Shown: positions 1 to 10,103 of the stretch, one piece after another
How positions within the stretch are numbered: the first letter of the stretch is position 1
Layout of the letters: the number at the start of each line of letters is the position of its first letter
The notes under the pieces: generated by a model
What the model was told of the DNA's origin: nothing
The model's database searches: none
What the model saw: the letters and a program-made list of their open reading frames with translations, nothing else
Translations under genes and position numbers: made by a program
Assembly (NCBI GenBank): GCA_027492205.1
Contig: JAOZFN010000007.1
Span: forward strand, 251,278-315,277
From: Thermoproteota archaeon
GTDB lineage: Archaea > Korarchaeota > Korarchaeia > Korarchaeales > Korarchaeaceae
Length of the DNA: 64,000 nucleotides
Reading direction: 5' to 3'

Positions 1-5
1 CGGTC

Positions 6-476
6 ATGGGGGTATTGGTGTCCGCGGCCGGCCTCACCGGCGCTGTCATGGGGCCCATCTACGGGAGGATCGTGGATAGAATCGGTGGGAGGAGGGCCTT
101 CACGGCCTCATGCCTCCTATACGCGCTCTACTTCGTTGTTGGAGCCGTGACGAGAGACTTCAAAGTCCTGGCCGCCCTGATGGTGATCCCCTTCTTCGCC
201 CTCCACTACTCGGCCAGGAACGCGCTGGCGATCTCGCTAGCCCCGGGTGAGAAGGCGGCGGCCAGCTCCGTGACCTCGGCGGTGGGTTCCATATCCGAGG
301 CGCTCGGAAATGGGTTGGGGGGCATCATAATGGGATCCCTGGGGATGAACGCGGCCATGTGGATCGCCGCCGCGCTCAGCGCGGCGGCCGCCCCCGTCCT
401 CGAGGTGGCCTGCCTCAGGAAGTCCGGCGGCCTTGAGCGTGAGCGCAGGGGCAGCGGCGAGCGACTGAAGCTTTGA
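6..476 (+). CDS. MFS transporter (C-terminal part, probably truncated by window start)
   Basis: Hydrophobic helices and MFS motif A-like GRIVDRIGGRR. Confidence 0.8.
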   Translation: MGVLVSAAGLTGAVMGPIYGRIVDRIGGRRAFTASCLLYALYFVVGAVTRDFKVLAALMVIPFFALHYSARNALAISLAPGEKAAASSVTSAVGSISEALGNGLGGIIMGSLGMNAAMWIAAALSAAAAPVLEVACLRKSGGLERERRGSGERLKL

Positions 477-775
477 TAGGGGCACCTCGAAGAGACGGTT
501 GGGGGGATCAGCAGGCCAACAGACCTCATCTCCTTAAGATCAGCGGAGTAACTCCACTTCACGCCCCTCGGCGGCTTGCCGTCGAGTCCTAAAATAGGCT
601 CACCTGATGCTGAGGGAGGGGGCCCAAGTAAATCCCGGCCCCGCAGAAAAATGGACGCGGCTGAGAGGGTGAAGGCTGCCGAGGATCTCTGCGGTTATCG
701 CCCCCGGTTCGGGCATCCAGAGGATCTGGTCCCGGGGGCGCCCGCCATGGTTGCGCTGTCAGGCCGCAACACGAG

Positions 776-1222
776 CTACTGCTTGAGGTACTCGTCCAAG
801 AATACCACATCAACGCCGAACGGCTCTCTCTTAAGTTCCCTCTCGAGTTCCCTCTCACGCTTGGCGAAAACGGCCGCCCCTTGGATGAGTTCGGCCAGGG
901 CTATGACATAGCAGTCTGCCAGAGAGATGGATCTCTCGCACTTGATGCCCCCAGCCCTTAAGTCTAGCGAGCAGTCTTCGGCCACCTCCACGGCCCCGCC
1001 CTCCCTGAGGGACGTCACAAGGTCGCTGGCGACGTCCCTTCCTCGGAGCCTGCACACCACATAGTAAGTCTACGACAGGACTATTCTGGGGACGTAGACC
1101 TCCCTGCGGGAGAACAGGACGCACTCCTCCACAAGGTCGGCCAAATCCTCCCCCAGCAGGTACGCCAGGAGCACGCTGGTATCAATCGAGAGCCTCTCGG
1201 GCAGATCTCCGCAGACGTCCAA
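776..1222 (-). pseudogene. vapC: PIN-domain (VapC-like) toxin with an internal amber stop
   Basis: TTG start at 1222 behind GAGGTGGG; reads RLSIDTSVLLAYL...IVLS*TYYV...SLADCYVIALA; TAG at 1070-1072 replaces the expected conserved Glu. Confidence 0.8.
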
Positions 1223-1466
1223 GTCTCCCCACCTCTTGAGCTCTCAGTTCTGATATCAGAGCCTCCACGGCCTCTTTCTTCCCTCTCAGGATCCCCTTCA
1301 TGGATCTCAGCCTCTCTCTCGCCACCTTAACGCGCCTCCTATCCTCGAGAAGGGTCATTATAGCCTCATCAAAGCTGACCCTCCTGCCGAGCCTTGCCTG
1401 CAGCTCAGATGCAAACTTCAGAAGCTCCCTCTTGGTTTTCTCGCTGACCTGGATGGTGGTGGGCAT
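1182..1466 (-). CDS. VapB-like ribbon-helix-helix antitoxin
   Basis: MPTTIQVSEKTKRELLK...SFDEAIMTLL RHH pattern; overlaps the PIN gene. Confidence 0.75.
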   Translation of the reverse strand: MPTTIQVSEKTKRELLKFASELQARLGRRVSFDEAIMTLLEDRRRVKVARERLRSMKGILRGKKEAVEALISELRAQEVGRLGRLRRSAREALD

Positions 1467-1482
1467 CTATAGAATCTATAGA
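1465..1482. promoter_or_regulatory. Tandem ATCTATAGA repeats (palindromic TCTATAGA), probable antitoxin operator
   Basis: Two copies abut the vapB start codon, just downstream of an AT-rich TATA-like stretch. Confidence 0.5.
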
Positions 1483-1547
1483 TCTTACAGCTTTTATAGA
1501 TTGAAGCCGCGCCGGGCTCATCCCCGGCTCCGGCCAGGGGCCGCGAG

Positions 1548-2783
1548 TCACTCGCCCCCGCCCCCGCGCTCACGCTCGAGGCCGCCGAACATCAGGTAAA
1601 ACGCGGTAACGTAGATTGCGTAGATGCCGGAGGTAGCGTACAGCGGCGCGTCCAAGGAGAGGGTGTCCATGACAAACCCGCCGATCTGCTGGGCCACGGA
1701 GTTGGGCAGGTTCCAGGAGAGCTGAGAGATCGAGGCCACAGTCCCCCTCTCCGCCTCTGGGGTCAGCTCCATCACCAAGGCGCTGATCAGGGGGTTGGCC
1801 ATGTTCATGAGGACCGACCTCGGGATGTAGAGGGCGGAAGCCGCGGCGAAGCTCGGTGCGAGGGGTATCAGGGCCAAGAGGGGGATCGAAGCGGCCTGAA
1901 GCGCCGCGGCGCCCCTCACGGTGCCCAGCCTGGCCGACACCTCAGCGGCCAGGAGAAAGGCGGGAGCTGCGGCCACGTTTGTCACGGCGAACAGCGTCCC
2001 TATCGGGCCGGACTCGATTCCGAACTTCACGCTGAAGTAGTACCCCAGGAGGGGGATCGAGAGACCCGCTCCAAAGCCTATTAGGGAATAGGTGACCACC
2101 ACCGCCGAGATCAGCCTCTTTGAGGACATCCCCAACTTCATCAGGCCCCCTGAACCCCGCGCCCGTGGGCGGAACCTCTCCGAGACTAGGATGACCGGGA
2201 GGATAGAGGAGGCCTCTATGGCCACCACGAGCCACATGAACCACCTGTAGGCCTCGAAGTACCCCAGTCCCAGGGATCGCACGAGGAGCTCGGGAATCCA
2301 ACCCATCAGGTTTCCGACGGAGGTGGCCGCGCTGCTGACGAAGGCCGAGACGCTGAAACCGAGGTCCATTCCCGCGTCTTCGACACTCTCTGCAAACAGG
2401 GCGCTCCAGGCCGGTCCCCCCAGCCCCCACCCCACCCCGCCGACGGCCGCCGAGAGTATTAGCGCCCCCTCGGACACCGAGAGCGCCACCACGGCTCCCG
2501 ACAGGGCCGCAGCCGCGAAGCTGACGGCCGCGATCCACTTCCTCCTGAACCTGTCCGCCAGGAGGCCAGCGGGGAGCTTTAGAATGGTGGCCACGACGGT
2601 GCCGACCAGGGCGTAGGTGCCTATCCAAGTGCCCCCGTAGCCCGCGGACTTGAGGTAGAGCTGCCAAACCGAGAAGTAGGCCCCCTGAGTGAGTCCAGAA
2701 ACTGCGGTCGCCGTGAGCAGGAGCTTGGCGTTTCTTCCAAACTTTCCCACGCTTGACAGCGCCCTTCCGAGGCCGGGCCTCAC
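1548..2783 (-). CDS. MFS transporter
   Basis: 411 aa, about 12 TM helices, GLLADRFRRK motif. Confidence 0.9.
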   Translation of the reverse strand: MRPGLGRALSSVGKFGRNAKLLLTATAVSGLTQGAYFSVWQLYLKSAGYGGTWIGTYALVGTVVATILKLPAGLLADRFRRKWIAAVSFAAAALSGAVVALSVSEGALILSAAVGGVGWGLGGPAWSALFAESVEDAGMDLGFSVSAFVSSAATSVGNLMGWIPELLVRSLGLGYFEAYRWFMWLVVAIEASSILPVILVSERFRPRARGSGGLMKLGMSSKRLISAVVVTYSLIGFGAGLSIPLLGYYFSVKFGIESGPIGTLFAVTNVAAAPAFLLAAEVSARLGTVRGAAALQAASIPLLALIPLAPSFAAASALYIPRSVLMNMANPLISALVMELTPEAERGTVASISQLSWNLPNSVAQQIGGFVMDTLSLDAPLYATSGIYAIYVTAFYLMFGGLERERGGGGE

Positions 2784-3062
2784 CGGACGGCGCGCGGCGG
2801 ATCTGGTATTTACTTATGACCGCGAACTTGGTAAGAAAGACGCCCGCGGGTGGAAACTTCGTCGAGGCGGAGGCGGCCCGACGCAGGCGCCAGAGACGTT
2901 CACCCCCATGCCCATCCCGTCCCGTGCCAATTCTCGTCGAAGCTCCCCCGCTGGGGGAGGGATTGGCCGACTATCCTCGCAGGGGCCGCGTCGGCGGAGC
3001 CGAGGCCCCGCCGGCGGTGGGGTTTATGGTCTCTAGGGTGAGGGGCGCAGCGGTGTGGATTC

Positions 3063-3878
3063 ATGGGCGAGCTGGTCATCGGATACGTTCAGACCCGGCC
3101 CAAGTTCGGCGAGGTGGAGGAGAACGTTAAGAGAGCCCTCGATCTGGCCTCGAAGGTCGAGGCCGACCTGCTAGTCCTCCCGGAACTCTTCAACACCGGC
3201 TACCTGTTCGAGTCGAGGGAGGAGGCCCTGAAGCTTTCCGAGCCGGTAGAAGGGCCCACCGTGAAGGCCCTGACGAGGTTCGCCGCCGAGACCTCCACTG
3301 CCCTGATAGCCGGGTTCGCAGAACTCGACTCGGGCGTCCCGTACAACTCTGCTGTGGTCGTGGACGAGACGGGCGACGTCAGGGGGGTCTACAGGAAGGT
3401 CCACCTGTTCAACGAGGAGAAGGTCTGGTTCGACCCCGGGAACCTGGGGTTCCGGGTCTTCGAGGTGGCCGGCGCCAGGGTTGGTGTTATGATCTGCTTC
3501 GACTGGTTCTTCCCCGAGTCCGCCCGCGTCCTGGCGCTCAGCGGGGCACAGATCATAGCGCACCCTGCGAACCTGGTCCTCCCCTACGCCCAGACCGCCA
3601 TGCTCGCCAGGTCCATAGAGAACAGGGTGTTCACCGTCACCGCCAACCGCGTGGGCGAGGACGTGAGGCCCAGCGGAAAGCGCATTGGATTCACCGGTCA
3701 GAGCCAGGTGACCTCGCCAAAGATGGAGGTCTTGGTCAGGGGGCCGAGGGATAGGGAGCACGTCGCGGTCGTGACCGTGGACCCAGGCGAGGCCGACAAC
3801 AAGAGGATAACCGAGAGGAACGACCTGTTCCAGGACAGGAGGCCGGAGTTCTACGGGAAGCTGGTGGAGGGTCGGTGA
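3063..3878 (+). CDS. Carbon-nitrogen hydrolase (nitrilase family)
   Basis: LPELFNTGY, YRKVHLF, ICFDWFFPE (Glu-Lys-Cys triad). Confidence 0.92.
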   Translation: MGELVIGYVQTRPKFGEVEENVKRALDLASKVEADLLVLPELFNTGYLFESREEALKLSEPVEGPTVKALTRFAAETSTALIAGFAELDSGVPYNSAVVVDETGDVRGVYRKVHLFNEEKVWFDPGNLGFRVFEVAGARVGVMICFDWFFPESARVLALSGAQIIAHPANLVLPYAQTAMLARSIENRVFTVTANRVGEDVRPSGKRIGFTGQSQVTSPKMEVLVRGPRDREHVAVVTVDPGEADNKRITERNDLFQDRRPEFYGKLVEGR

Positions 3879-3910
3879 GCGCTCGCCGGCCGCGGACCCA
3901 TGGGAACGGC

Positions 3911-4858
3911 TCAAGTCAGGGCCTGGTGCCCGGCGCCTGGGGAGACGAGGTCGCACACGTCTATCAGCCGGTCTAGTACGTCTCCAAGGTAGTCGGCCGA
4001 CCTCGCGGCTGGGCCCTCATATCCGGCGAGTTCTCTCTCCAACGACCGGGCGGAGGACTGCGCCTCCACAGCGGAGGGGACATCCCTCTCGAGGAGGGCC
4101 TGGAGGCATCTCCTCACCAGGTCGGCCGCCGATCCGGCGACCCTCGCCAGCTCGGGCTCAGGCGCGCCGAAGACTCGATAGGACCTCGCGAGCAGGACCA
4201 GGCTGTCGGCGGCCGACTCGAGGAGGAGGGCGGCGACCCTGTAGTCTATCAGCTCCGCCGGGGATAGGCCCGACTTCGAGGCCAGCGAGGGATCCATGGC
4301 CGACTTCCTAACGAGCCTTACCAGCAGGAAGTAGAGCCTGTCCACCTCGTCGTCCCTCTCGGCCACGAGTTCCGCCAGATCTGCGCCTCCAGACTCCATC
4401 GCTCGGGAGAGGTCCCTGAGCATCCCGGCAACCAAGTCCCCCAGCCTGGTCATCAGCTCCCTCGGGTTGAGGAGGCTCGGGTCCAGGACGCACCTGAGGG
4501 ATATCTTGGACGCCTCCTCCCCAAGGACCTCGAGGCCGGGGAGCGCCGAGGCCGCCCTCTTGATGACCGACCTGTCTTCAGAGGGTATGAACCCCTCTGA
4601 GACCACGTCTATGACGTCGTACCCGTCCAGATATGCGGCGAACAGCTTCCTAACGGTCCCTCGAACGTCTCCGGGGGAGTGGGAAATAGTCGTCACGGCC
4701 TCCCTCGGCTCAGCCGGCACGACCGTTAGGGCCCCCGTTGGGGACTCCTCGACGACAACGAGGCTCCCCTTGCCGAGCCCCTGCCTCTTCGCCCAACCCC
4801 TCGGCAGCGTGATTGAGAGGGACCCTCCCCCCACCTCCTGGACCCTCCTGACGGGCAT
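3911..4858 (-). CDS. AbrB/SpoVT-PhoU family regulator
   Basis: RRVQEVGGGSLSITLPRGW AbrB domain; ERDDEVDRLYFL PhoU repeat. Confidence 0.88.
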   Translation of the reverse strand: MPVRRVQEVGGGSLSITLPRGWAKRQGLGKGSLVVVEESPTGALTVVPAEPREAVTTISHSPGDVRGTVRKLFAAYLDGYDVIDVVSEGFIPSEDRSVIKRAASALPGLEVLGEEASKISLRCVLDPSLLNPRELMTRLGDLVAGMLRDLSRAMESGGADLAELVAERDDEVDRLYFLLVRLVRKSAMDPSLASKSGLSPAELIDYRVAALLLESAADSLVLLARSYRVFGAPEPELARVAGSAADLVRRCLQALLERDVPSAVEAQSSARSLERELAGYEGPAARSADYLGDVLDRLIDVCDLVSPGAGHQALT

Positions 4859-4944
4859 GATCCCACCCGGAATCTATATACCTCTATAGAAGAAATACCC
4901 TTCATTAAATAGGTTAAAATTTCTGACGCTTCCTGGCGCGGACG

Positions 4945-5556
4945 GTGGGGGGCGTGGGAAGGGGGAGGTTCGGCACCTTCGAGGCCGTCGTAACCGGGAT
5001 AGGCGCCGCCCTATACGCTGGGGTGGGTTACCTCACGTGGCTCGGCGTCCTCGGGCTCAACTTCATGGGGGTCAGGTTCTGGCCCGCCGTGGTGATACCG
5101 TCGACCCTCGCGACCCTCTTCGGGCCCTGGGTGGGCGGGGCCTCGGCGGCCATAGGCATCTTCCTGTCGGACATGGCATCCCACGGGATGGCGCTCCTCA
5201 GCCTGACGGTCGGAGTGCCGGCCAACTTCCTCGCCTTCTACATCATAGGCGCGCTCACCGACAGAGAGTCGAGCGTGAAGAGGCTCGTGCTGGCCAACAC
5301 CCTCGGCCTCGCGGTGGGGTCCATCTGGATAGGGTTGGGCCTCACCATCTGGAGCCGGTTCTTCCTCCTACCGTTCCACTCCGAGATGACTCCCCTCAGC
5401 CTAGCGGCGGGGGCGAGCGTGGCCGCCTGGACCTTCGTCACCGAGGCCCCCTTCCTGTACCTGGTGGTTCCTCCTCTGGTCAGGGCGGTTGGGAGGGCAA
5501 TGGGGAAGAGGGCAAGGGCCGACGCGCAGGACTTGGCACGGATCTCGGCGGGGTGA
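4945..5556 (+). CDS. ECF transporter S component
   Basis: About 6 TM helices, AALYA and LFGPWVGGASAAIGIFLSD signature. Confidence 0.75.
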   Translation: MGGVGRGRFGTFEAVVTGIGAALYAGVGYLTWLGVLGLNFMGVRFWPAVVIPSTLATLFGPWVGGASAAIGIFLSDMASHGMALLSLTVGVPANFLAFYIIGALTDRESSVKRLVLANTLGLAVGSIWIGLGLTIWSRFFLLPFHSEMTPLSLAAGASVAAWTFVTEAPFLYLVVPPLVRAVGRAMGKRARADAQDLARISAG

Positions 5557-5557
5557 G

Positions 5558-6424
5558 GTGAACGACTTGCTCATAGCGGGCCTCGATGTGGGTGGGACGG
5601 CCACCAAGGCCGTCCTGGTCACCGAGAGTGAGATCAAGGGCTTCGCCGACGTCTCCGCCTCGGACTCGGTCTCATCGGCAATGGGGGCGCTGGGCAAGCT
5701 GATCCTCGAGTCAGGTGTAGGGGTGGATGAGCTGGCCAGCATCGCCCTCACCGGCGGAGGCGCAAACAGGCTCCCCAACAGGCTGCTCGGGGTCAGGGCC
5801 GAGAAGATCGATGAGATAGAGGCGATCGGCGTGGGTGGATGCTACCTCTCAGGGAGGGACAGGGCCGCGGTAGTGAGCATAGGAACGGGAACCGCGGTCG
5901 TGGGCGCCTGGGGAGAGGGAGCGTGCATGCGCGTCGAGCACCTCGGCGGAACCGCCGTGGGAGGCGGCACTCTGGCCGGACTTGGGAGGCTCATCCTGGG
6001 GAAGAGCAGCGTCGACAGCGTGCTGGAGATGGCGAGGGAGGGGGACCTCACCCGCGTAGACCTAACAGTAGGCGACATAGTCGGCAGGGGGGTTGGAATG
6101 CTCCCACCCGACGCCACGGCGTCCAACTTCGGTAAGGTCGGGGACTGGACTAGGCCGGTCGACGTGGCCGCCGGGATCGTCAACCTCGTCGGACAGGTCG
6201 TCGGGACGGTGGCGGTCCTCGCGGCCAGGGCCGCCGGGCTGGAGGACAGCATCGTGCTCGTCGGTAGACTTGCCGAGGAGGAGCTGGTCGCAAAGACTGT
6301 GATCCACACCGTGGAGCTGTTTGGGGGGCGCGCGGTAGTCCCTGAGAACGCAACCTACGCCACGGCGATAGGGGCTGCGAGGAGGTTGCTAGCCCGCGTG
6401 ACGTTCCCATCGGGCCGTGGGTAG
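5558..6424 (+). CDS. Type II pantothenate kinase (CoaW/Fumble-like)
   Basis: [46 protein letters not shown] motifs; GTG start at 5558. Confidence 0.82.
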   Translation: MNDLLIAGLDVGGTATKAVLVTESEIKGFADVSASDSVSSAMGALGKLILESGVGVDELASIALTGGGANRLPNRLLGVRAEKIDEIEAIGVGGCYLSGRDRAAVVSIGTGTAVVGAWGEGACMRVEHLGGTAVGGGTLAGLGRLILGKSSVDSVLEMAREGDLTRVDLTVGDIVGRGVGMLPPDATASNFGKVGDWTRPVDVAAGIVNLVGQVVGTVAVLAARAAGLEDSIVLVGRLAEEELVAKTVIHTVELFGGRAVVPENATYATAIGAARRLLARVTFPSGRG

Positions 6425-6465
6425 CCGCCAGATTTTTGCGAAAGAGGGGTGCGGGAGGGGGCGGG

Positions 6466-7230
6466 TTGGAGTTCAGAGAATACCCCCCGACCCCCGTAGT
6501 CGGCGTCGGGGGAGTTCTGCTCAGGGAAGAGAAGGTCCTGCTGGTGAGGAGAAAGAGGGAGCCGGGAGCCGGCCTGTGGTCCATACCGGGCGGGCACGTG
6601 AGACTAGGGGAGACCCTGAAGGAGGCCTGCGTGAGGGAGATGCTGGAGGAGACCGGTCTGGAGGTCGAGCCCGTCAGGCCAATCTACGCCTTCGACTACA
6701 TAGAGAGGGACGGCGAGGGGAACGTGAGGTACCACTACGTCGTAGTGGACTTCCTGTGCAGGCAGGTCGGAGGATCCCTCAAGCCTGGGGGCGACGCGAA
6801 GGAGGTCAGGTGGGTCCCCCTGGACCACGCGCTCAGGCTCAGGCTGACGTCTTCGACCAGGAAGCTCTTGGAGGAGCTCAAGAGGCCGCTCACGATTGTC
6901 GTTAGGAACAGGGACGTGGAGAGGGTGCTCTTTGGGGTCCCCGCGGGGCACAGGCACGCCAGGACGCTGTTCATCCTCCGGGACGGCTCCAAGCTCGTGT
7001 TCCATGAGGCCACGATGGAGAACGTGGCGCGGGCGGTGGTGAGCGTGGAGATGCACCCGAGCAGGAGGGCAATCGCCCTGAGGCGGGTGGAACTCCCACG
7101 AGACGTTAGAAAGCCGGACTACGACTCAAACCAGCTCTTGGAGGAGGACCTGGACGAGGAGGAGATCGTGGCGGAGATTACCAGGGAACTCGGAATAAAC
7201 ACCGCAGAGGGGGAGGTCCGGGGGAAGTAG
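6466..7230 (+). CDS. NUDIX hydrolase fused to an uncharacterised C-terminal domain
   Basis: Nudix box [24 protein letters not shown]; extra ~110 aa domain (VPAGHRH...FHEATMENV...HP). Confidence 0.85.
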   Translation: MEFREYPPTPVVGVGGVLLREEKVLLVRRKREPGAGLWSIPGGHVRLGETLKEACVREMLEETGLEVEPVRPIYAFDYIERDGEGNVRYHYVVVDFLCRQVGGSLKPGGDAKEVRWVPLDHALRLRLTSSTRKLLEELKRPLTIVVRNRDVERVLFGVPAGHRHARTLFILRDGSKLVFHEATMENVARAVVSVEMHPSRRAIALRRVELPRDVRKPDYDSNQLLEEDLDEEEIVAEITRELGINTAEGEVRGK

Positions 7231-7844
7231 CCCCGACCGACCGCTGGGAAGCTGAGCCGCTCACCCAGGTTATCGATCGGCGGTCGGCTCACCCGCCGGA
7301 CGGGAAATCCGTTGATCTCCAGGGCCTTCAGGGCGTTTTCTGGTCTAGTAGTCGAGATGAGGATCTCCTCAACCTCCCCTACCGGTGTTCGCGTGGGCTC
7401 AACCAACCTGAGCCTGATGGCGGGCCCGCCCCTCATCACGAAGGTCAGGGTCCTGCCAAACGGCCTCGTGAAGAACATGGATACCCTGAGCGCGCTCACC
7501 CTCACAACCCGGGCGGCCTCGACGGCGCCGGCCGGTATCCTGAGCTCTCCCCCGGCGTACGACACCCTGACGACCCCCCCAGAGATCCTGAGCGTCATGA
7601 CCCCGTACCTGTTGAGAAGAAAGAGGACGCTCGCCTGGAGGAAGAAGTAGAAGAAGAGCATGGGGATCAGCGCGTCCCTCACGCCCAGGGAGATGGCTGC
7701 GTACGCGGCCGACAGCAGGAGCGCGATCGGGGGTCCATTGAGGGCCAGCGCGACCCATCGGCTGATGGAGATCCTCTCGACGTGCTCGCGAGATTCTTCA
7801 GGGGGTCCCACAGGGGCTCTCACCAAAAACCAGCTCCGCCGCAC
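7119..7844 (-). CDS. Hypothetical membrane protein
   Basis: Two TM segments followed by a beta-rich soluble domain; co-oriented with the M20 peptidase. Confidence 0.55.
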   Translation of the reverse strand: MRRSWFLVRAPVGPPEESREHVERISISRWVALALNGPPIALLLSAAYAAISLGVRDALIPMLFFYFFLQASVLFLLNRYGVMTLRISGGVVRVSYAGGELRIPAGAVEAARVVRVSALRVSMFFTRPFGRTLTFVMRGGPAIRLRLVEPTRTPVGEVEEILISTTRPENALKALEINGFPVRRVSRPPIDNLGERLSFPAVGRGYFPRTSPSAVFIPSSLVISATISSSSRSSSKSWFES

Positions 7845-9112
7845 TCACTTAAAGTGGTCGGGTCCTCCCCGCTCGACTCAGGATCCGGGCTCAGCTCCAA
7901 GATCGGCAGAATGGCAAACACCTTCGCGTCCCCGACCAGGTTTTCGATCCTGCAGTACTCGTTGGGCTGGTGGGCGGTCTCGTCGGTTGTCATCCAGACG
8001 GCCGCCTGGAGCCCAGCGGCCCGGAACGCCGCCGCGCACGTGCCCCCGCCTATCCCCATGGGCTTGGCCTCGACACCCCTGGCCAGCCTTATGGCCTCCC
8101 TCAACCTCCTCACGACCTCGGAGTCCGGGTCGGTTGGTGGGGCCGCATCCATCCTAGCGACCGCCTCCACATCTATCCGAGCGCCGTAGGCCGACTCGAA
8201 GGCCTTAGCCACGCTCTTAGCCAGCCTGATCACCTCGTCCAGGTCGTACCTCGGGAGCACGCGGCAGTCGAAGTAGAGGACATCCCTGTCCGGTATCGTG
8301 TTCACGCTCTCGACGTTGGGCTCCCTCTTGGTGGGCTCGAAGGTCGAGGAGGGCGGATCGAATAGGGGGTCGAACTCTCCGAAGACCGCGTGGAGGACCC
8401 TGTCCAGCTGAAGGGCGAGCTCCATCCCTATCCTGTGGGCGTTGAGCCCGCGATTCGGCGTGCTCGCGTGGGTCTGCCTCCCCCTGACCGTGGTCCTGAG
8501 CCAGAGTATCCCCTTCTCGGCCACCTCGATCATGGTCCCGTCAGAGTTGCCAGCGTCGGGTACGACCACCAGGTCGTCCTCGCCAAACAGGCCCTGGGAG
8601 ATCAGGTGTTCGATCCCGTACTTGTTCCCCGTCTCCTCGTCCGACACGATCGCAAGACCTAGCGCGAGGTTGGGCTCTATCCCCTCGTCTATTATCGCTT
8701 TAGCGGCGAACAGGGAGGAGACGATCCCCTGTCCATCGTCCTCCGTCCCCCTGCCGTAGACCTTGCCGTCCCTCACGACCGGCTCGAACGGATCCGTGTC
8801 CCACTGGGAGAGGTCTCCCGGGGGAACCACGTCCATGTGGCTCACGATCCAGAGGGTCTTGTCGGCTTTTCCCGGGATCTTGGCGATCAGGTTCGGCCTG
8901 ATCCCTGAGGGGACCCTGTCGTCCCGAGCGTCGAATCTCTCTATCTCGGGGATTCCTATGTCCCTGAGGAGGCGTTCGACGCGATTAGCCTTCTCCAGCT
9001 CCCCCTCTCCGCCATTCTCCGGACCGATGGCTTCCACTGAGCACAGCTCGACCAGCGCGTCAATCATTGCCCCCCTCATGCGCTCTACCCGTCGCAGGAG
9101 GCTCTCAATCAC
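7820..9112 (-). CDS. M20 family metallopeptidase (DapE/ArgE-like)
   Basis: SHMDVVPPGD, GRGTEDD, SDEETG, AHQPNEY. Confidence 0.92.
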   Translation of the reverse strand: MIESLLRRVERMRGAMIDALVELCSVEAIGPENGGEGELEKANRVERLLRDIGIPEIERFDARDDRVPSGIRPNLIAKIPGKADKTLWIVSHMDVVPPGDLSQWDTDPFEPVVRDGKVYGRGTEDDGQGIVSSLFAAKAIIDEGIEPNLALGLAIVSDEETGNKYGIEHLISQGLFGEDDLVVVPDAGNSDGTMIEVAEKGILWLRTTVRGRQTHASTPNRGLNAHRIGMELALQLDRVLHAVFGEFDPLFDPPSSTFEPTKREPNVESVNTIPDRDVLYFDCRVLPRYDLDEVIRLAKSVAKAFESAYGARIDVEAVARMDAAPPTDPDSEVVRRLREAIRLARGVEAKPMGIGGGTCAAAFRAAGLQAAVWMTTDETAHQPNEYCRIENLVGDAKVFAILPILELSPDPESSGEDPTTLSECGGAGFW

Positions 9113-9169
9113 GTGTGGGACAGGGGCGGTGAACTATAACAAAGTTCACCCTCAAAGCCCTCGATGCCC

Positions 9170-10036
9170 CTACCTCAGACCCTTCCGCTTGGCGATCGCG
9201 TCGAGGTGCGAAGTCCAGACGTCGTACAGCTCGGCGGGAATCTGGCCCCCGGCCTCCTCCTCATCGACCACCTTCCAGTACCTCCCGCACCGCTCGCAGA
9301 AGTACAGCCTGAACCTCCTGTCCTCTCCTAGTGTGTAGAAACCGAGCGTCTGACCGTCCTCATTACCGCAAAATGGGCACTTGATCCTCTGGAATGGCCA
9401 CTCCGTCCCGCACACCGAACACTTCAGGTACAGTTTCCTACCCTCGCCCCTCATGTAGCCTACCCTAGTATGGCTCCCGCACACGGGACATCTTCCCTCC
9501 CGCCACCCCTCAAAGCCTATTTCACCCGCGATGGCGGAGGAGAGTGATCTAAGGAGCGTCTGGGCCAGCCAGAGGGAGAGAGTCTCCATTAGGGGGGCCT
9601 CAACACCCAGCCTCTCAGATTCCCTCTCCACCAGCTCGCCGCCTCCTGAGAGGAGACTCTCGGCGAGACCTCGGATGTCAAGCCTCTTGGATTTGATCGC
9701 CCCCTCTACTATGGCTACATGAGACTCTAGGTCCCTTCTATGCCTCCTGATAACCTCCAGGATCTTGAGGGCAATCATCTCCCATGCTGAAGGAGGCAGC
9801 TCTGGCAAATCCACTAGGTCAAGTAGGGACCTTCCCCCTCCGACCCTTCGGGCGGCCTCCCTCACCCTCGGCAAAGTGGGTTCCAGGGCCGGTGAGACCA
9901 CCTCCCGGGCCAACTCCCTCTGAACTGCCAGTATATCGACTAGGAAATCGAGCGCCTCCCTGAGGCGCGGCCTCTCAATTGCTATCCTGTCCGCGGCATA
10001 TTTCACACCCATGTCACGCTTGGACGAGTCGGTCAA
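9170..10036 (-). CDS. fdhE: Formate dehydrogenase maturation protein FdhE
   Basis: CPVCGS, CSVCGTEW, CPFCGN, CERCGRYWK CxxC series; last gene of the fdh cluster. Confidence 0.9.
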   Translation of the reverse strand: MTDSSKRDMGVKYAADRIAIERPRLREALDFLVDILAVQRELAREVVSPALEPTLPRVREAARRVGGGRSLLDLVDLPELPPSAWEMIALKILEVIRRHRRDLESHVAIVEGAIKSKRLDIRGLAESLLSGGGELVERESERLGVEAPLMETLSLWLAQTLLRSLSSAIAGEIGFEGWREGRCPVCGSHTRVGYMRGEGRKLYLKCSVCGTEWPFQRIKCPFCGNEDGQTLGFYTLGEDRRFRLYFCERCGRYWKVVDEEEAGGQIPAELYDVWTSHLDAIAKRKGLR

Positions 10037-10103
10037 CCTCCATTCCCCCGGCGAGGAACTCTGGGCCTAGGCGGGGGCGAGTTAAAAAGTGGGGAGGGGG
10101 GCT

